From positions 418,252,001 to 418,316,000 of the forward strand of contig OZ024740.1 in NCBI GenBank assembly GCA_964016885.1: DNA of 64,000 bases. The letters are read 5' to 3'. This stretch comes from Eledone cirrhosa. Taxonomy: Eukaryota. A program made the translations under genes and the position numbers. This document shows positions 15,834 to 29,399 of the stretch, piece after piece. The notes under the pieces are model-generated. The model made no database searches. It saw only the letters and a list, made by a program, of their open reading frames with translations, and was not told the DNA's origin. Within the stretch, counting starts at the first letter, position 1. Every line of letters begins with the position of its first letter.

Positions 15834-16291
15834 TATACAGAGTAAGTGAAGGTGGCGCCAATGTTTTCTCCTGCCTCCAACGATCTCCTATAAAATTTAA
15901 CCTCAACTTTCCAGAAGTCTCCGACCAGAATATTTCAGTTTCGACATGAATATCTTGAAGGAGCCATTAAAAGCAAAAACTGAAATTGCAGTATGCTGGC
16001 TGGCGGCTGCAGTACATACACAGCTATGCTTTAATCGGATGTGAACTTATGAATACATATCTCACCGTCGCCTCCATCTTTCTCTCTCACACACATGTGT
16101 AGGTGTGTATGTGTATGTGCGGTTCTCTAGCGAGTGTGTATTTGTATGTGTGTCGCCGTATAAGTCTACGCTCGTATGCATATGTGCATGAGAGTGCACT
16201 GCACGTGTGCTTGTATGAATGCAACTATCTGTACACACATACACATATATATAAATGCATCTATATCTTTATTATATAGAAAGATAGAAAT

Positions 16292-16337
16292 GACTTCTAC
16301 AGAGCTAGAACTATTTCATTCGTATGAAATCATCAGG
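16292..16337 (-). ncRNA. Hammerhead ribozyme, family A, within fold-back insertion 16284-16387
   Basis: CUGAUGA-uUUCauacGAAu-GAAA-UAG uucuagcu CUG-UA^GAAGUC; 5' strand of stem I truncated. Confidence 0.7.
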
Positions 16338-16562
16338 ATGATTTCATACTAATGAAATAGTTCTAGTTCTGTAGAAGTCATTTCTATATATATATATATA
16401 ATATATATATAACATATTATATATATAATATATATAACATATATATATATATATAATATATATAACATATATATATATAATATATATAACATATTATATA
16501 TATAATATATATAACATATTATATATATAATATATATAACATATATATATAATATATAAAAC

Positions 16563-16595
<33 letters not shown>

Positions 16596-16607
16596 ATATA
16601 TATATAT

Positions 16608-16657
<50 letters not shown>

Positions 16658-16678
16658 CATATATATATATATATATAT

Positions 16679-16715
<37 letters not shown>

Positions 16716-16736
16716 CATATATATATATATATATAT

Positions 16737-16810
<74 letters not shown>

Positions 16811-16964
16811 CAACAACAATGATAACAACAACACCACCAACTACAACAGCAACACAAACAAGGAAAAGGTCTCCTTCGCCCAGACGGCAAGGAAAACCCT
16901 CGACTATCTGCCAGTAGATATAACCAAAGCGAAGGAGCTACTGGCAGAGGACAAAAATTACAAA

Positions 16965-17912
16965 ATGTACGGAGAAAATGGTGCATTTTCGACCCCCCCC
17001 CCCCCAACTCCCCCCCATCCCCCCACCCCGGAACTAAAAAGCCAGAGACTCCTAAACACTGTCATGTTTAGGACAATCTCAAATAAAAGCAAAAAACCAG
17101 CTCCACCATCACAGAGTGAGATAGAGCTGGTTTTAAAAGACGTCATGAAAGACATCACATTCATCCAGAAGGATAGACTCTACGGGAGTCTATCCATTCT
17201 CATGAAGGACAGGGACACAGCAGTGAAACTGTCCATAAAACCTATTACATCCACCGCATACACCTTCTACCCTACGTACATGGGTAGAAGGACACAAAAA
17301 ATAAAAATCCACACCATCCTGCCGATTATGGACATATGGTGGGTTTTGACAGGTTTCCTGAACCTGGATGATGACACGCTAGTGTCCATGCGAAAGGCAT
17401 CGGGTAACGCGTTCAGTGGAACGAGCCTCGAACTTGTAGTTCAAATGAGGCCCGAAAGGATCGCCCAGATCCTTGAACGCGTCATACTGGATGATCAAAC
17501 TTTCATCAACATTACCGTTGAGGGTAGGCGGCCCTCGTGTTACCTCTGTGGAACCAGAGGTCACCTGAGGGCTGTCTGTTCCCAACTTAATAAGAAAACC
17601 CCAATCCTGCCTACACCACCAACAACTGCACAACCAACACAACCACCACAACCACCACTACAAAAACAACAACCACAGCTCAAACCAAAACAAAACAATG
17701 TCCAACCCATCCCCTCCCCCCCCACACTAAAAAAAACAATTCCCAAAACACCTGCACCACAAACACAACCCGAAAATATACCCCTCCCCTCCAACGCGGA
17801 AGATGACCCTCGTTCGTCGTCAGACGAGGAGGAGCACTTCCACACAATCAAAAGAAAAAAAAGAAAACACACCTTAGACACACAAATGAAAACAACCCTC
17901 CCCAAAACATAA
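16965..17912 (+). CDS. LINE ORF1 (gag-like, CCHC knuckle, Pro-rich tail); probably originally extended to ~18399
   Basis: EGRRPSCYLCGTRGHLRAVC. Confidence 0.8.
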   Translation: MYGENGAFSTPPPPTPPHPPTPELKSQRLLNTVMFRTISNKSKKPAPPSQSEIELVLKDVMKDITFIQKDRLYGSLSILMKDRDTAVKLSIKPITSTAYTFYPTYMGRRTQKIKIHTILPIMDIWWVLTGFLNLDDDTLVSMRKASGNAFSGTSLELVVQMRPERIAQILERVILDDQTFINITVEGRRPSCYLCGTRGHLRAVCSQLNKKTPILPTPPTTAQPTQPPQPPLQKQQPQLKPKQNNVQPIPSPPTLKKTIPKTPAPQTQPENIPLPSNAEDDPRSSSDEEEHFHTIKRKKRKHTLDTQMKTTLPKT

Positions 17913-18392
17913 CACTGACACCAACACAAAAGAGCACACAACAACAGCAAACAAAAAACACCACACAAAAACAAAAACATGCATACACATACATAAACAC
18001 AAGAAAAAACTGTTAAACATTGTGTACAACAACAATTTAATAAAAACCCAAGGGCCTAACTTCACCCAGGCAGGGGATTTCCCCCACCTCAAAATGATTA
18101 AGGCCCCAAAGGACACTTATAAAACTCTAAAAGACAACTTCAAAGAGGACGTGCCCCCCCCCCCCTGCGTCGGGCCCATTAACCGCGTCCTCCTAAAAAA
18201 AACTACCCCACCCCCTCCCCAAACACCCACACAACTCCAAACACCCCAACCACGCAACACACTGATGCCCCTACACTTCCACAAACCACCACCCCACCCA
18301 ACAACCAATCCCCCACCCTCATGGAAATTGTGCGGCCCGATACCCGGGACGCAGAGAGGTAAGTGCCTTTTCTCTTCACCACCAACAAGGCT

Positions 18393-20992
18393 ATGCTAAG
18401 AGTAGGCTGTCTAAATGCGCGTGGCCTGGGCTCAACTTGGAAACAAGCAATGCTTCTAAATGACCTCAGGTCACAACGTATAGATATGATGGTTATTTGC
18501 GAGGCCCGGATCAGCAACGTGCGACAGCTGGCCCCCACCTTTGATGACTTTGAGATGCACGCATCTCTCTGTTAGCCCGGAGGTGGGGGTGGGGTTGTCG
18601 TTCTGCTGCAAAAACATCTGGGTCTCGCAACACAGACGGTACATTTGGACCCGGAGGGTCGACTAGTGGTTCTGGACCTTGGCAGTGGTGAAGGCGGAGC
18701 GTTTAGGTTGGTAGCCGCCTACGGCCCTTTCGGGTCAATGCGGCCGGACATCTTCCATCGTCTGGAGACTTTTCTAGGGGCGTCCCGCTCCTTGCTATTA
18801 GTGGGGGACTGGAATGGTATCCTAGATGCACATTGGGACTACGTAGGGGCCTGTCCCGATAGAGAGGGGTGTAATAACCTCAAAGGGTTAATCGGTCGAT
18901 TTGACCTGGCCGATAGATATCGACTAGATTTTCCGAATGCGCCAACCTGGACTTGGGCAAACCCCAGCGGATCATCTAGGTCGTACCTAGATAGGTTCTT
19001 AGTTAGAAATAAGGATAAGGACTTTTTAAGTTGTCCAAAGATGAGCATGGTTGGCTATTCAGACCACAAGTTAGTGAGCTGCATGGTCAACCTTGACAGA
19101 GCGCATAGACAGGGACCCGGTTACTGGAAGCTCAACTTGTCCTTACCGGCAAGTAAGGCTTACAGGGACCGGATTAGCACTTTAGTTAAGGAGCGGTTGA
19201 CGGGCGCCATCGTCAACAGCAGGTGGTGGGGATTTCTCAAAAGAAAGATTAGAGTAGTCTCTATAGAATTTAGTAAGGAGTTAGCCTCAAATAGAAATAG
19301 GAAGGAAAGGGAGTTGGTAGATAGTGTAGAAGACGCAATTAGAAGCGGCGACGTGGCCAGAGTGCTAGCGTCGAGAACGGCCCTGGGCCAGTTCTTCGAC
19401 GCGAAACACGAAGGCTGCATCGTCCGAAGCAAAATACGTGCTCTGGGAAACGAGCGGACCAAAGCTGTTAGCTGGACCCGCGTGACAGAAGCCAAAAGAG
19501 GGAGCAGATCCACTATCCGGTCTTTGCGAGACCAGGATGGACGGGTGATCCTTGAACCTAAGCAGATGTGCGAGGCTTTTCAAAAGCACTTTGCCGGATT
19601 GTTCGGAAGGGCGGGGAGCCGGTTGGGGATGTGGACTTCGGTCCATACCTCGACAGCCTGCCGCGTCTCTCGGACAGGGAGGCGAAGTCCTGCGAGGAGC
19701 CGATTTCAGCCGCTGAGATAGAGGACGTGCTGAGCCAATGCGGCAAACGCAAATCCCCGGGTCTCGATGGTCTTCCATACGAACTGTATCTAGCTATGCC
19801 GGACTTGTTCCCCGATCTCCTCGAGGCGGTCTACTGCAACTGGCAACAGAACGGGAGAATTCCCTGTGCTGTGACCAAGGGTGTAGTCACGATAGTGAGG
19901 AAGGACGAGAACAAGGGGGACGATATAAATAATTTCAGGCCCATAACTCTGCTAAATACAGAGTTGCAGATTTTGGCCAAGGTGCTAGCAAAGAGGTTGG
20001 CGCCTGTCGTGGGCAACCTGGTGGGAGATGCGCAGACATGTGCTATCTCGTCTAGGTCCATCCACGACAACCTCCACCTCATGCGATACATCATAGAGAG
20101 GGTTGGGAACGAACCCGGCTTTGGTGGGCCCTGATCAACTTGGATGAATCTAAGGCGTTCGATAGGGTCGACCATGGTTACCTGGATGCGGTGCTAGCGG
20201 CGACAGGCTTCGGACCCGTTTTCAGGGGCTGGATCAATGCCATGCATAGCAGCCGCATCTGCTCTAGGGTCAAAGTGAACGGCTACCTCTCGGAGCCGTT
20301 CGAAATCGCGCGGTCCATCCGACAAGAGTGCCCTCTCTCCTCCCTTCTGTATGTAATGACTCTAGAGCCACTGCTGCGGAAGCTGGAGTTGTTGCAGGGC
20401 ATCCTGTTGGAACCGGGATTGCGGAAAGCGGTGTCGGCCTACGCCGACGACGTAACAGTAATGGTGTCGACGGCCTCGGAAATCGGGGCGATCGGCACCT
20501 TACTGGAGGAGTACGAAAGGTTTACAGGGGCTAAGCTGAACCGGGACAAGTCGATCGGTCTGCAACTCGGCACGTGGAGAGGCAGATCGATGCCCTCCGA
20601 TGGCGTCGTCGGGCGTTGGACGGAGGGCCCGGTGAAGTTGCCGATCTGTGGCGCTATGTCGAACAACTGCTGTCAAGGGTGGGACCGATCCGGTTGACCA
20701 CCGAGTCTATTGTAACGATCAAGCCGCCTCCCCTCTTCAAAAACGAAGGAGAGGCGGTGTTTCTGTGCGTAATAGCCATGGCGAAAGAGGTTGTATGGTG
20801 AACGCGTCTGAAAGGACTGAGGTCAGACACCTTTCTCTCTGGCCAACAACTGGTCCGTTTCTTCCGATATCATTTCGGAAGAAGGATCAGGATGGAGAGA
20901 GAGGTGCTGCACCCCAGCCGTTTTTATGAAAGATGGGTGAAAGTGGCGAGAATCGCCCGTGTGAATGGGCCTTCACTCTACATCAGACTATA
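18393..20992 (+). pseudogene. LINE ORF2 (APE endonuclease + reverse transcriptase), broken by stops and frameshifts
   Basis: GCLNARGL, GDWN, SYLDR, SDHK, GPGYWKLN, KSPGLDG, NFRPITLLN, KAFDRV, RQECPLS, YADD. Confidence 0.92.
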
Positions 20993-21297
20993 GGTGAGGA
21001 AGATGAAAAACCAAGGGAGCACCCCCTCTCTGTGCTCCTGAGGAGAAGCGTTGCACACTTTTTTTCGGGGGGGGGGGTGCGACACCCCCCCCCCCCCCAA
21101 GGCGCCTCCTCCCTATTGAGGATTTTGTGACAAAATATATTTTGTTATATTTTATTTTATTTTTATACTTTTATATCTTGTTATTACCTCCTCCATATTG
21201 AGGACGCCTTTACATGTAAACTCCCCCCTTTGTACTTGTCCCACTTTTGATGCCCTGGTGGCAAATAAAAAGAAAGTTATATATATATATATATATA

Positions 21298-21419
21298 TAA
21301 TAATTGTTTCTACTTTTGGCACAAGGCCAGCAATTAACCAGTACATTACTGGTACTTTATTTTATCGACCCCGTAAGGATGAAAGGCAAAGTTAACCTCG
21401 ACGGGATTTGAACTCAGAC
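21298..21419 (-). mobile_element. Truncated Nin/Deu-type SINE
   Basis: Same core as the other copies. Confidence 0.8.
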
Positions 21420-21618
21420 CAATGTCGATAATCTACCAATGTATTGAGTACATTTTTTTATCTGTAGTTATCCCCAACACAACTCGGGAATCTACATATT
21501 ATATATGTGTGTGTGTGTGTGTGTGCATAACTCCACGTTCTATACTTAAACAGACCCAGCTACGCATTTGTGGTCAAGTTGGTGAACCAACAGTAACCTA
21601 AGGTTACAACCTATTATA

Positions 21619-22400
21619 TCTATATCTATAAAACAGAGGATGTCTGTCTGTGTAAATCCCTAAAACTCGAAGTACCCAACCGATTTTTTTCAAACTTTAC
21701 ACATGCGTTACTTATATTTCTTGAAGTGCAATGGGCTAAAAAATTTAACTTTTTCTGCCCTAGGCGAAAACCCGCATTTTAAAGGCATTTTTAGGCCTTT
21801 TTGAGGTGTAACTTAAAGATAATCCAGCCGATTTCCTCGAAATTTGCAGTACACATTAGTTAGTCTCCTCGCATTGCTGTGGACAAAAATTTCCGATTCC
21901 ATTAATGGTTTCTAGGAAATTTACGAATTAGCATTGGGCATTACATGCCATTTTCATTTTCAATATAAACGCTACTTAAACATCGTAAGTAGCGTATAAT
22001 ATTTCGTTAAAAATTTGGTTTATTTAACAGAGGACACAACACTTACTTTTAAGCAGGACCATTTCCGGGGGATTGAGGAAACGGGGAGGACCTTAAAATT
22101 TTTGTCGGCGCCCTGTTGACGCTTCGTGCTTTCATCACGCGCAAATCCGGGCCCTGTGTACGTTGCCGTGTTATTGACACCGTAAAACTCACGTCTGTGC
22201 TACTTCTACTAAGACCCCCTTCTGCTGCAGCTGCGTTGCCACGCTGATTTCGCCATCTGAATATCCCTACTTAAACGTACATCCCTACTTGGTTTTCACA
22301 CAATGACTACGTCTTTCCTTCAGATGATGTCTGACCGGATGACTGGGTGCGAATCTATAAAACTCGAAAAGTATCTAACCCTAACCCTAACCCTAACCGA
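21619..22400 (+). mobile_element. Helitron 5' portion (same family as 6681-7262)
   Basis: TCTATATCTATAAAACAGAGGATGTCTG...ccctaaaactcg; no 3' CTAG found; right boundary approximate. Confidence 0.6.
22376..22398. repeat. Interstitial telomere-like (CCCTAA)3+ repeat
   Basis: ctaaccctaaccctaaccctaacc. Confidence 0.7.
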
Positions 22401-22424
22401 TTCTCTCTAAATGGAAGAAAATTC

Positions 22425-22499
<75 letters not shown>

Positions 22500-22680
22500 T
22501 AATAAAATAATGAATAAACAAAGAAACAGTTCCTTATATTAAAAAAATTCATCATTTTACGATCGTTTCTAGGATATATATGTGTTAGTGTCGGTATGCA
22601 TATTCTATAGATCTATGTAAAATATTTATACAAACTATCAGAGGGAATATACATATATAATTCTACATATATATATATAT

Positions 22681-23200
<520 letters not shown>

Positions 23201-23465
23201 GTACATATGTAAATATATGTGTGTGTATGTATGTATATATATATATATATATATTTCGTTTCTGAATTTGTTTAGCAAGATTCTTTATCTGAAAACGTGT
23301 GTTGAAACCGATATTGTTATACTTTGGGAGGGTCATGTTGCCAATAAGAAACACACGCACCAGTTGCTTTCACTTCAATTTATTATAAATTAAATTTATA
23401 AATTTAGGAATTTATAAATTTCCGGTTGATTGGTTGGTTCCACAACCAGATGATTGTTCATATAT

Positions 23466-23510
23466 TGTCAAAGTTCTTTCGTCACACATTCTGTGACCTC
23501 TTCGGTGACT
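23466..23510 (-). ncRNA. Mutated hammerhead, family B
   Basis: GUCA-CcGAAGA-gGUCAC..GUGAC-GAAA-GAAC-UU^UGAC. Confidence 0.6.
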
Positions 23511-23710
23511 GGGGATTCTTTTCTTTGTTTTTGAGCCTCTCCTTTGTTCTGTCCTACGCCATCTTGTTTTTGTCTGTGTTGTGTGCTTAGTTTGCGCATG
23601 TGTTACATCCGGGTGTCTGTGTGTGTTTATATTTGTTTATTTATTTGTTTATTTACATGTTACTGGTTGGTTGTTTGTTCTATGTGTGTGTGTGTGTTTT
23701 CATTTTGTCC

Positions 23711-24601
23711 TTAATTGTAAGTTGTGATGTTGCTGTTCCATTCATGTTTTCTATTTAATTTTGGTTGGAGTTCATTTATGTTTATTGCCTCTGTGATTTG
23801 TCTAAACATTGCGTCTTTTCTGTGTGTAGATTCTATTTTTATTTCTATGTTCTCTAATTTGCCCTTATGTTCTATTTTAGCATGTTGGTGGAGTATTGAT
23901 GATTCTTTTCTATCTTGAAGCTCTTGCCAGTGTTCATTTATCCGTTCCCCTATACTACGAGCTGTCTCACCTATGTACACTATATTCTTATCTCTACATT
24001 GTCCTTCAGTACATCTTATGCTATATACTACATTTCTAGTTTTACAGTTAATATGGGGGCTTAATTTACAGATTATACATTTCTTATCTATACAGGGAGG
24101 TCTTTGAAAAGGGTATGTATTGCTAATAAGTGTTTTTATGGAGGTACCTGGTCTTTCTACTATCTTAATATTGAGTTTATGTTTATCTAGGGCCCTTCTA
24201 AATTTGTAGGCTAATTCACCTCTAGAGGTTGTATCGATGAACATTACACTCTGGAATTTATTGCTATCATACCATGAGTTTATTCTATTAACCTTATTCC
24301 TAGTTCTTTCTATTCTATTCCAAAATTTGCTCCTATACAAGGGGCAGGTCCCATTTGTATCATTATTTACCATTTTTTCCCATTTGGTTCTGGCTCCTTT
24401 ATATACTCTGATTTTATCTCTCTGATTGTAACCAGAGAACTGCATACGGTGGATGAAGTGCTGTATGTGTCTCTCTAGTTCTTTGGCGTTGCACATGCGG
24501 GATACGTTTCTCATCACCCGTAACAAATCCGCAATCAGTATGTTGATTTTGGTGTGGTCCGAAACAACTGAGTTTCGGTGGATCAGATATTTGGAAGTCA
24601 T
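23711..24601 (-). CDS. PLE C-terminal fragment: RT thumb, Cys-rich linker and GIY-YIG endonuclease
   Basis: CIDKKCIIC...C, VVYSIRC...VYIGETARSIGERINEH, ITEAININELQPKLNRK. Confidence 0.88.
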   Translation of the reverse strand: MTSKYLIHRNSVVSDHTKINILIADLLRVMRNVSRMCNAKELERHIQHFIHRMQFSGYNQRDKIRVYKGARTKWEKMVNNDTNGTCPLYRSKFWNRIERTRNKVNRINSWYDSNKFQSVMFIDTTSRGELAYKFRRALDKHKLNIKIVERPGTSIKTLISNTYPFQRPPCIDKKCIICKLSPHINCKTRNVVYSIRCTEGQCRDKNIVYIGETARSIGERINEHWQELQDRKESSILHQHAKIEHKGKLENIEIKIESTHRKDAMFRQITEAININELQPKLNRKHEWNSNITTYN

Positions 24602-25656
24602 GGGTTTGGCATGGAATGGAGGATTTGTTTTTTGTTATTAATGGTATCTAACCAGAGCTCTGTGTTATTAATGGTATCTAACCAGAGCTCTGTGTCTAGA
24701 CTACTTAATCTAATTATTGCAGCTATATGACCATAAAATGGGTTATTATCGAAGTATTTCAACCTCTGTCATTTCCTCTTAAAGTAGATAGCTTCCAGTA
24801 AACCGAGCATATTATTTCATAATTGTTTACACAGTTAATATCTTTAAAATACTCTATATGCAATACAAATAGCAATAAGGTTATAATTATATCTCTCGGC
24901 ATATTTTCAACATATCTTCTTTGCAAGTTTTTATCGATAGAAAATTTAAAGTGATTCTCATAAAATGATAAAACCAAGATCTTCAGAGACGAAAAGAAAT
25001 TTAGCAATAATTTGATTGGGTTACGATACAAATGATATTCTGTTTTATATTAATATCTTAGCAGTCCTCTATCTCACCCAATTTCTTCTTCCTCTTCTTG
25101 TACGATGAGACTGGGTCATCCTAGGTGAGTGATCCCAGAGGCATTATCGTGCGTAGAGCTTTTTCTGGCCTTGTGGTAGGTGGAGGGGGGGGGGAGTGTG
25201 TGTTTCGTAAATCTGGGAGATCGTTACCGTCTAGAGCTTTGCTTTTGGTAGGGCCACATTAGGCGGGCCGGTCTCTCTTGAAGTTCCAGACCAAAGGTGA
25301 CCTACGACGCGTCAGTTCGCCGCAAAGATGGCTGCCCCATCATCCGACTTTTCTGAGGGGAGCCAACAACCCGCCCAGAAAAAAAAACAATATCAATCTG
25401 TTAGGAAAACACCAAACCACACACTTCTTTTGTTTTTCTTTATTGTTTTATGGCTTCCGACTTATTGAGAAATTAATTGAAGTCGTAACTGAGATGCTTA
25501 GATGTGAAGATGAAATAACAATTAGTGAGAGGATTTAACTATAAATGGACAACGTCAATAATGGCGAAGAAAAGCAATATTTTTGTAAATAATGAGAAAG
25601 AGAAGAGTAATATCGTGAATTCCTAGTAATTAGAAATAACAGAGTTCATGTATAAT

Positions 25657-25842
25657 ATTGTTTCTACTTTTGGCACAAGGCCAGCAATTAGTCAGTACAT
25701 TACTGGTACTTTATTTTATCGACCCCGTAAGGATGAAAGGCAAAGTTGACCTCGGTGGGATTTGAACTCAGACTGTAAAGGGACATAACTATGCTGCAAA
25801 GCATGGCGTCCGACCCTCTACCGATACTGCCAATCCACCGCC
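25657..25842 (-). mobile_element. Full-length Nin/Deu-type SINE with ~8-bp TSD (tgtataat)
   Basis: A/B boxes, core and TSD. Confidence 0.85.
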
Positions 25843-25955
25843 CCTGTATAATGTTACTGACATACTTGTCTATATTGTCTAATGGCGGATAACAGACGAG
25901 TGTTGGCTGAAATGTTCATAGAATCTTACATGTATTAATTTCATAGATGATGGAA

Positions 25956-26073
<118 letters not shown>

Positions 26074-26436
26074 GTATGTAAATTAGAGTAAATGTTTGTA
26101 GCTTCTAACCGTAACTGAATAATCGAACTATTCGCTAAACAGATGATCGATAAAATGAGTAACGAATCAAATATCGGGACTGATATGAGTGACTAAAACC
26201 CTAAAAGAGGTTGCTCCAGCATGGTCGTCCAGCAATGACGGAATTCAGTAAAGGAACTAAAAAAATTGGTTTGTAACTTATCTTTAAAATACTCCCTTGA
26301 AAATTGTAATAAAATAAAGAACCTATTGCAGAACTATGTGTAGCGAGTTATCCCTATGTAGCTGCTCGACCTGCTAGAAATAGCAACTAACTATTCCTTA
26401 AGTCAAACTCCAGTCTTAAACAATGACAGTTCTATA

Positions 26437-26650
26437 CGAGGGTCGGCTGAAAAGTTCATAGGCTTACTGTGAAGGAGTGATGCTAGAGCTGTGAAATCTT
26501 GCATGCATTAATTTCAACTTTTCTTATTAATAACTACATTGTTTCTTTCTAGGGACTATGTTGAAAAATAAATCTCCTTTGGTCATTCCATGAGAGTATC
26601 TTGGTCAGACTATGAACTGTTCAACCTATGAAATGTTCAGCCGACGCTCA
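26437..26650. mobile_element. mariner-type MITE
   Basis: TA|CGAGGGTCGGCTGAAAAGTTCATAG ... TTCAGCCGACGCTCA|TA. Confidence 0.8.
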
Positions 26651-26658
26651 TACGTATA

Positions 26659-26798
26659 CATAATTGTTTCTACTTTGGGCACAAGGCCAGCAATTATGCC
26701 AGTGTATTACTGGTACTTTATTTTATCGACGCCGTAAGGATGAAAGGCAAAGTTAACCTCAGCGGAATTTGAACTCAGACCGTAAAGGGCCGTAACTC
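26659..26798 (-). mobile_element. Truncated Nin/Deu-type SINE
   Basis: Core and B-box. Confidence 0.8.
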
Positions 26799-26799
26799 T

Positions 26800-28833
<2,034 letters not shown>

Positions 28834-29049
28834 TTTCGTTTCTGAATTTGTTTAGCAAGATTCTTTATCTGAAATCGTGTGTTGAAACCGATATTGTTAC
28901 ACTTTGGGAGGGTCATGCTGCCAATAAGAAACACACGCACCAGTTGCTTTCACTTCAATTTAATTTATTAAATATTTATAAATTTACAAATTTATAAATT
29001 TCTGGTTGGTTGGTTGGTTCCACAACCAGATAGTTGTTTATATATATAT

Positions 29050-29094
29050 AGTCATAGTTCTTTCGTCACACACTATGTGACCTCTTCAGTGACT
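29050..29094 (-). ncRNA. Type I minimal hammerhead ribozyme, family B (3' pLTR)
   Basis: AGUCA-CUGAAGA-gGUCAC..GUGAC-GAAA-GAAC-UA^UGACU. Confidence 0.8.
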
Positions 29095-29399
29095 GGGGAT
29101 TTCTTTCTTCGTTTCTGTGCCTTTCCTTTCTTCTATCCTACGCCATTTTGTTTGTGTGTGGGTTGCGTGCTCAGTTTGCGCATGCGCCACATCCGGGTGT
29201 CTGTGTGTGTTTGTGTTCATTTTTCTATTTTTCTATTTATATTTTTCTATTTGTTTGTTTATTTATTTATTTATTGTTGGTTGGTTGTTTGTTCTATGTG
29301 TGTGTGTGTTTTCATTTTGTCTTGTGTGTGTTTTCATTTTGTGTGTGTTTTCAATTGTAAGTTGTTTGTTCTATGTGTGTGTGTGTTTTCATTTTGTCC

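Larger units (their letters stand above)
16811..21277 (+). mobile_element. Near full-length Tx1/L1-clade LINE in a (TA)n array, with internal ORF2 deletion
   Basis: Zinc-knuckle ORF1 plus APE-RT ORF2; 3' aataaaaagaaagt; (TA)n on both sides. Confidence 0.9.
23253..24700 (-). mobile_element. 5'-truncated PLE, sister subfamily of 28834-33782
   Basis: RT thumb and GIY-YIG ORF plus 3' pseudo-LTR; (TA)n at the 3' end; duplicated 30-bp segment at the 5' junction. Confidence 0.92.

Noticed and set aside
22376-22398. True telomere or telomere-targeting element
   Set aside because: Only ~3.5 repeats, internal, at the edge of a Helitron fragment
25090-25390. GC-richer patch possibly holding an HDV-like ribozyme or RTE 5'UTR (similar patches at 47350-47710, 48295-48830, 49960-50200)
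   Set aside because: Could not build a convincing nested double pseudoknot by eye; probably old LINE 5' fragments
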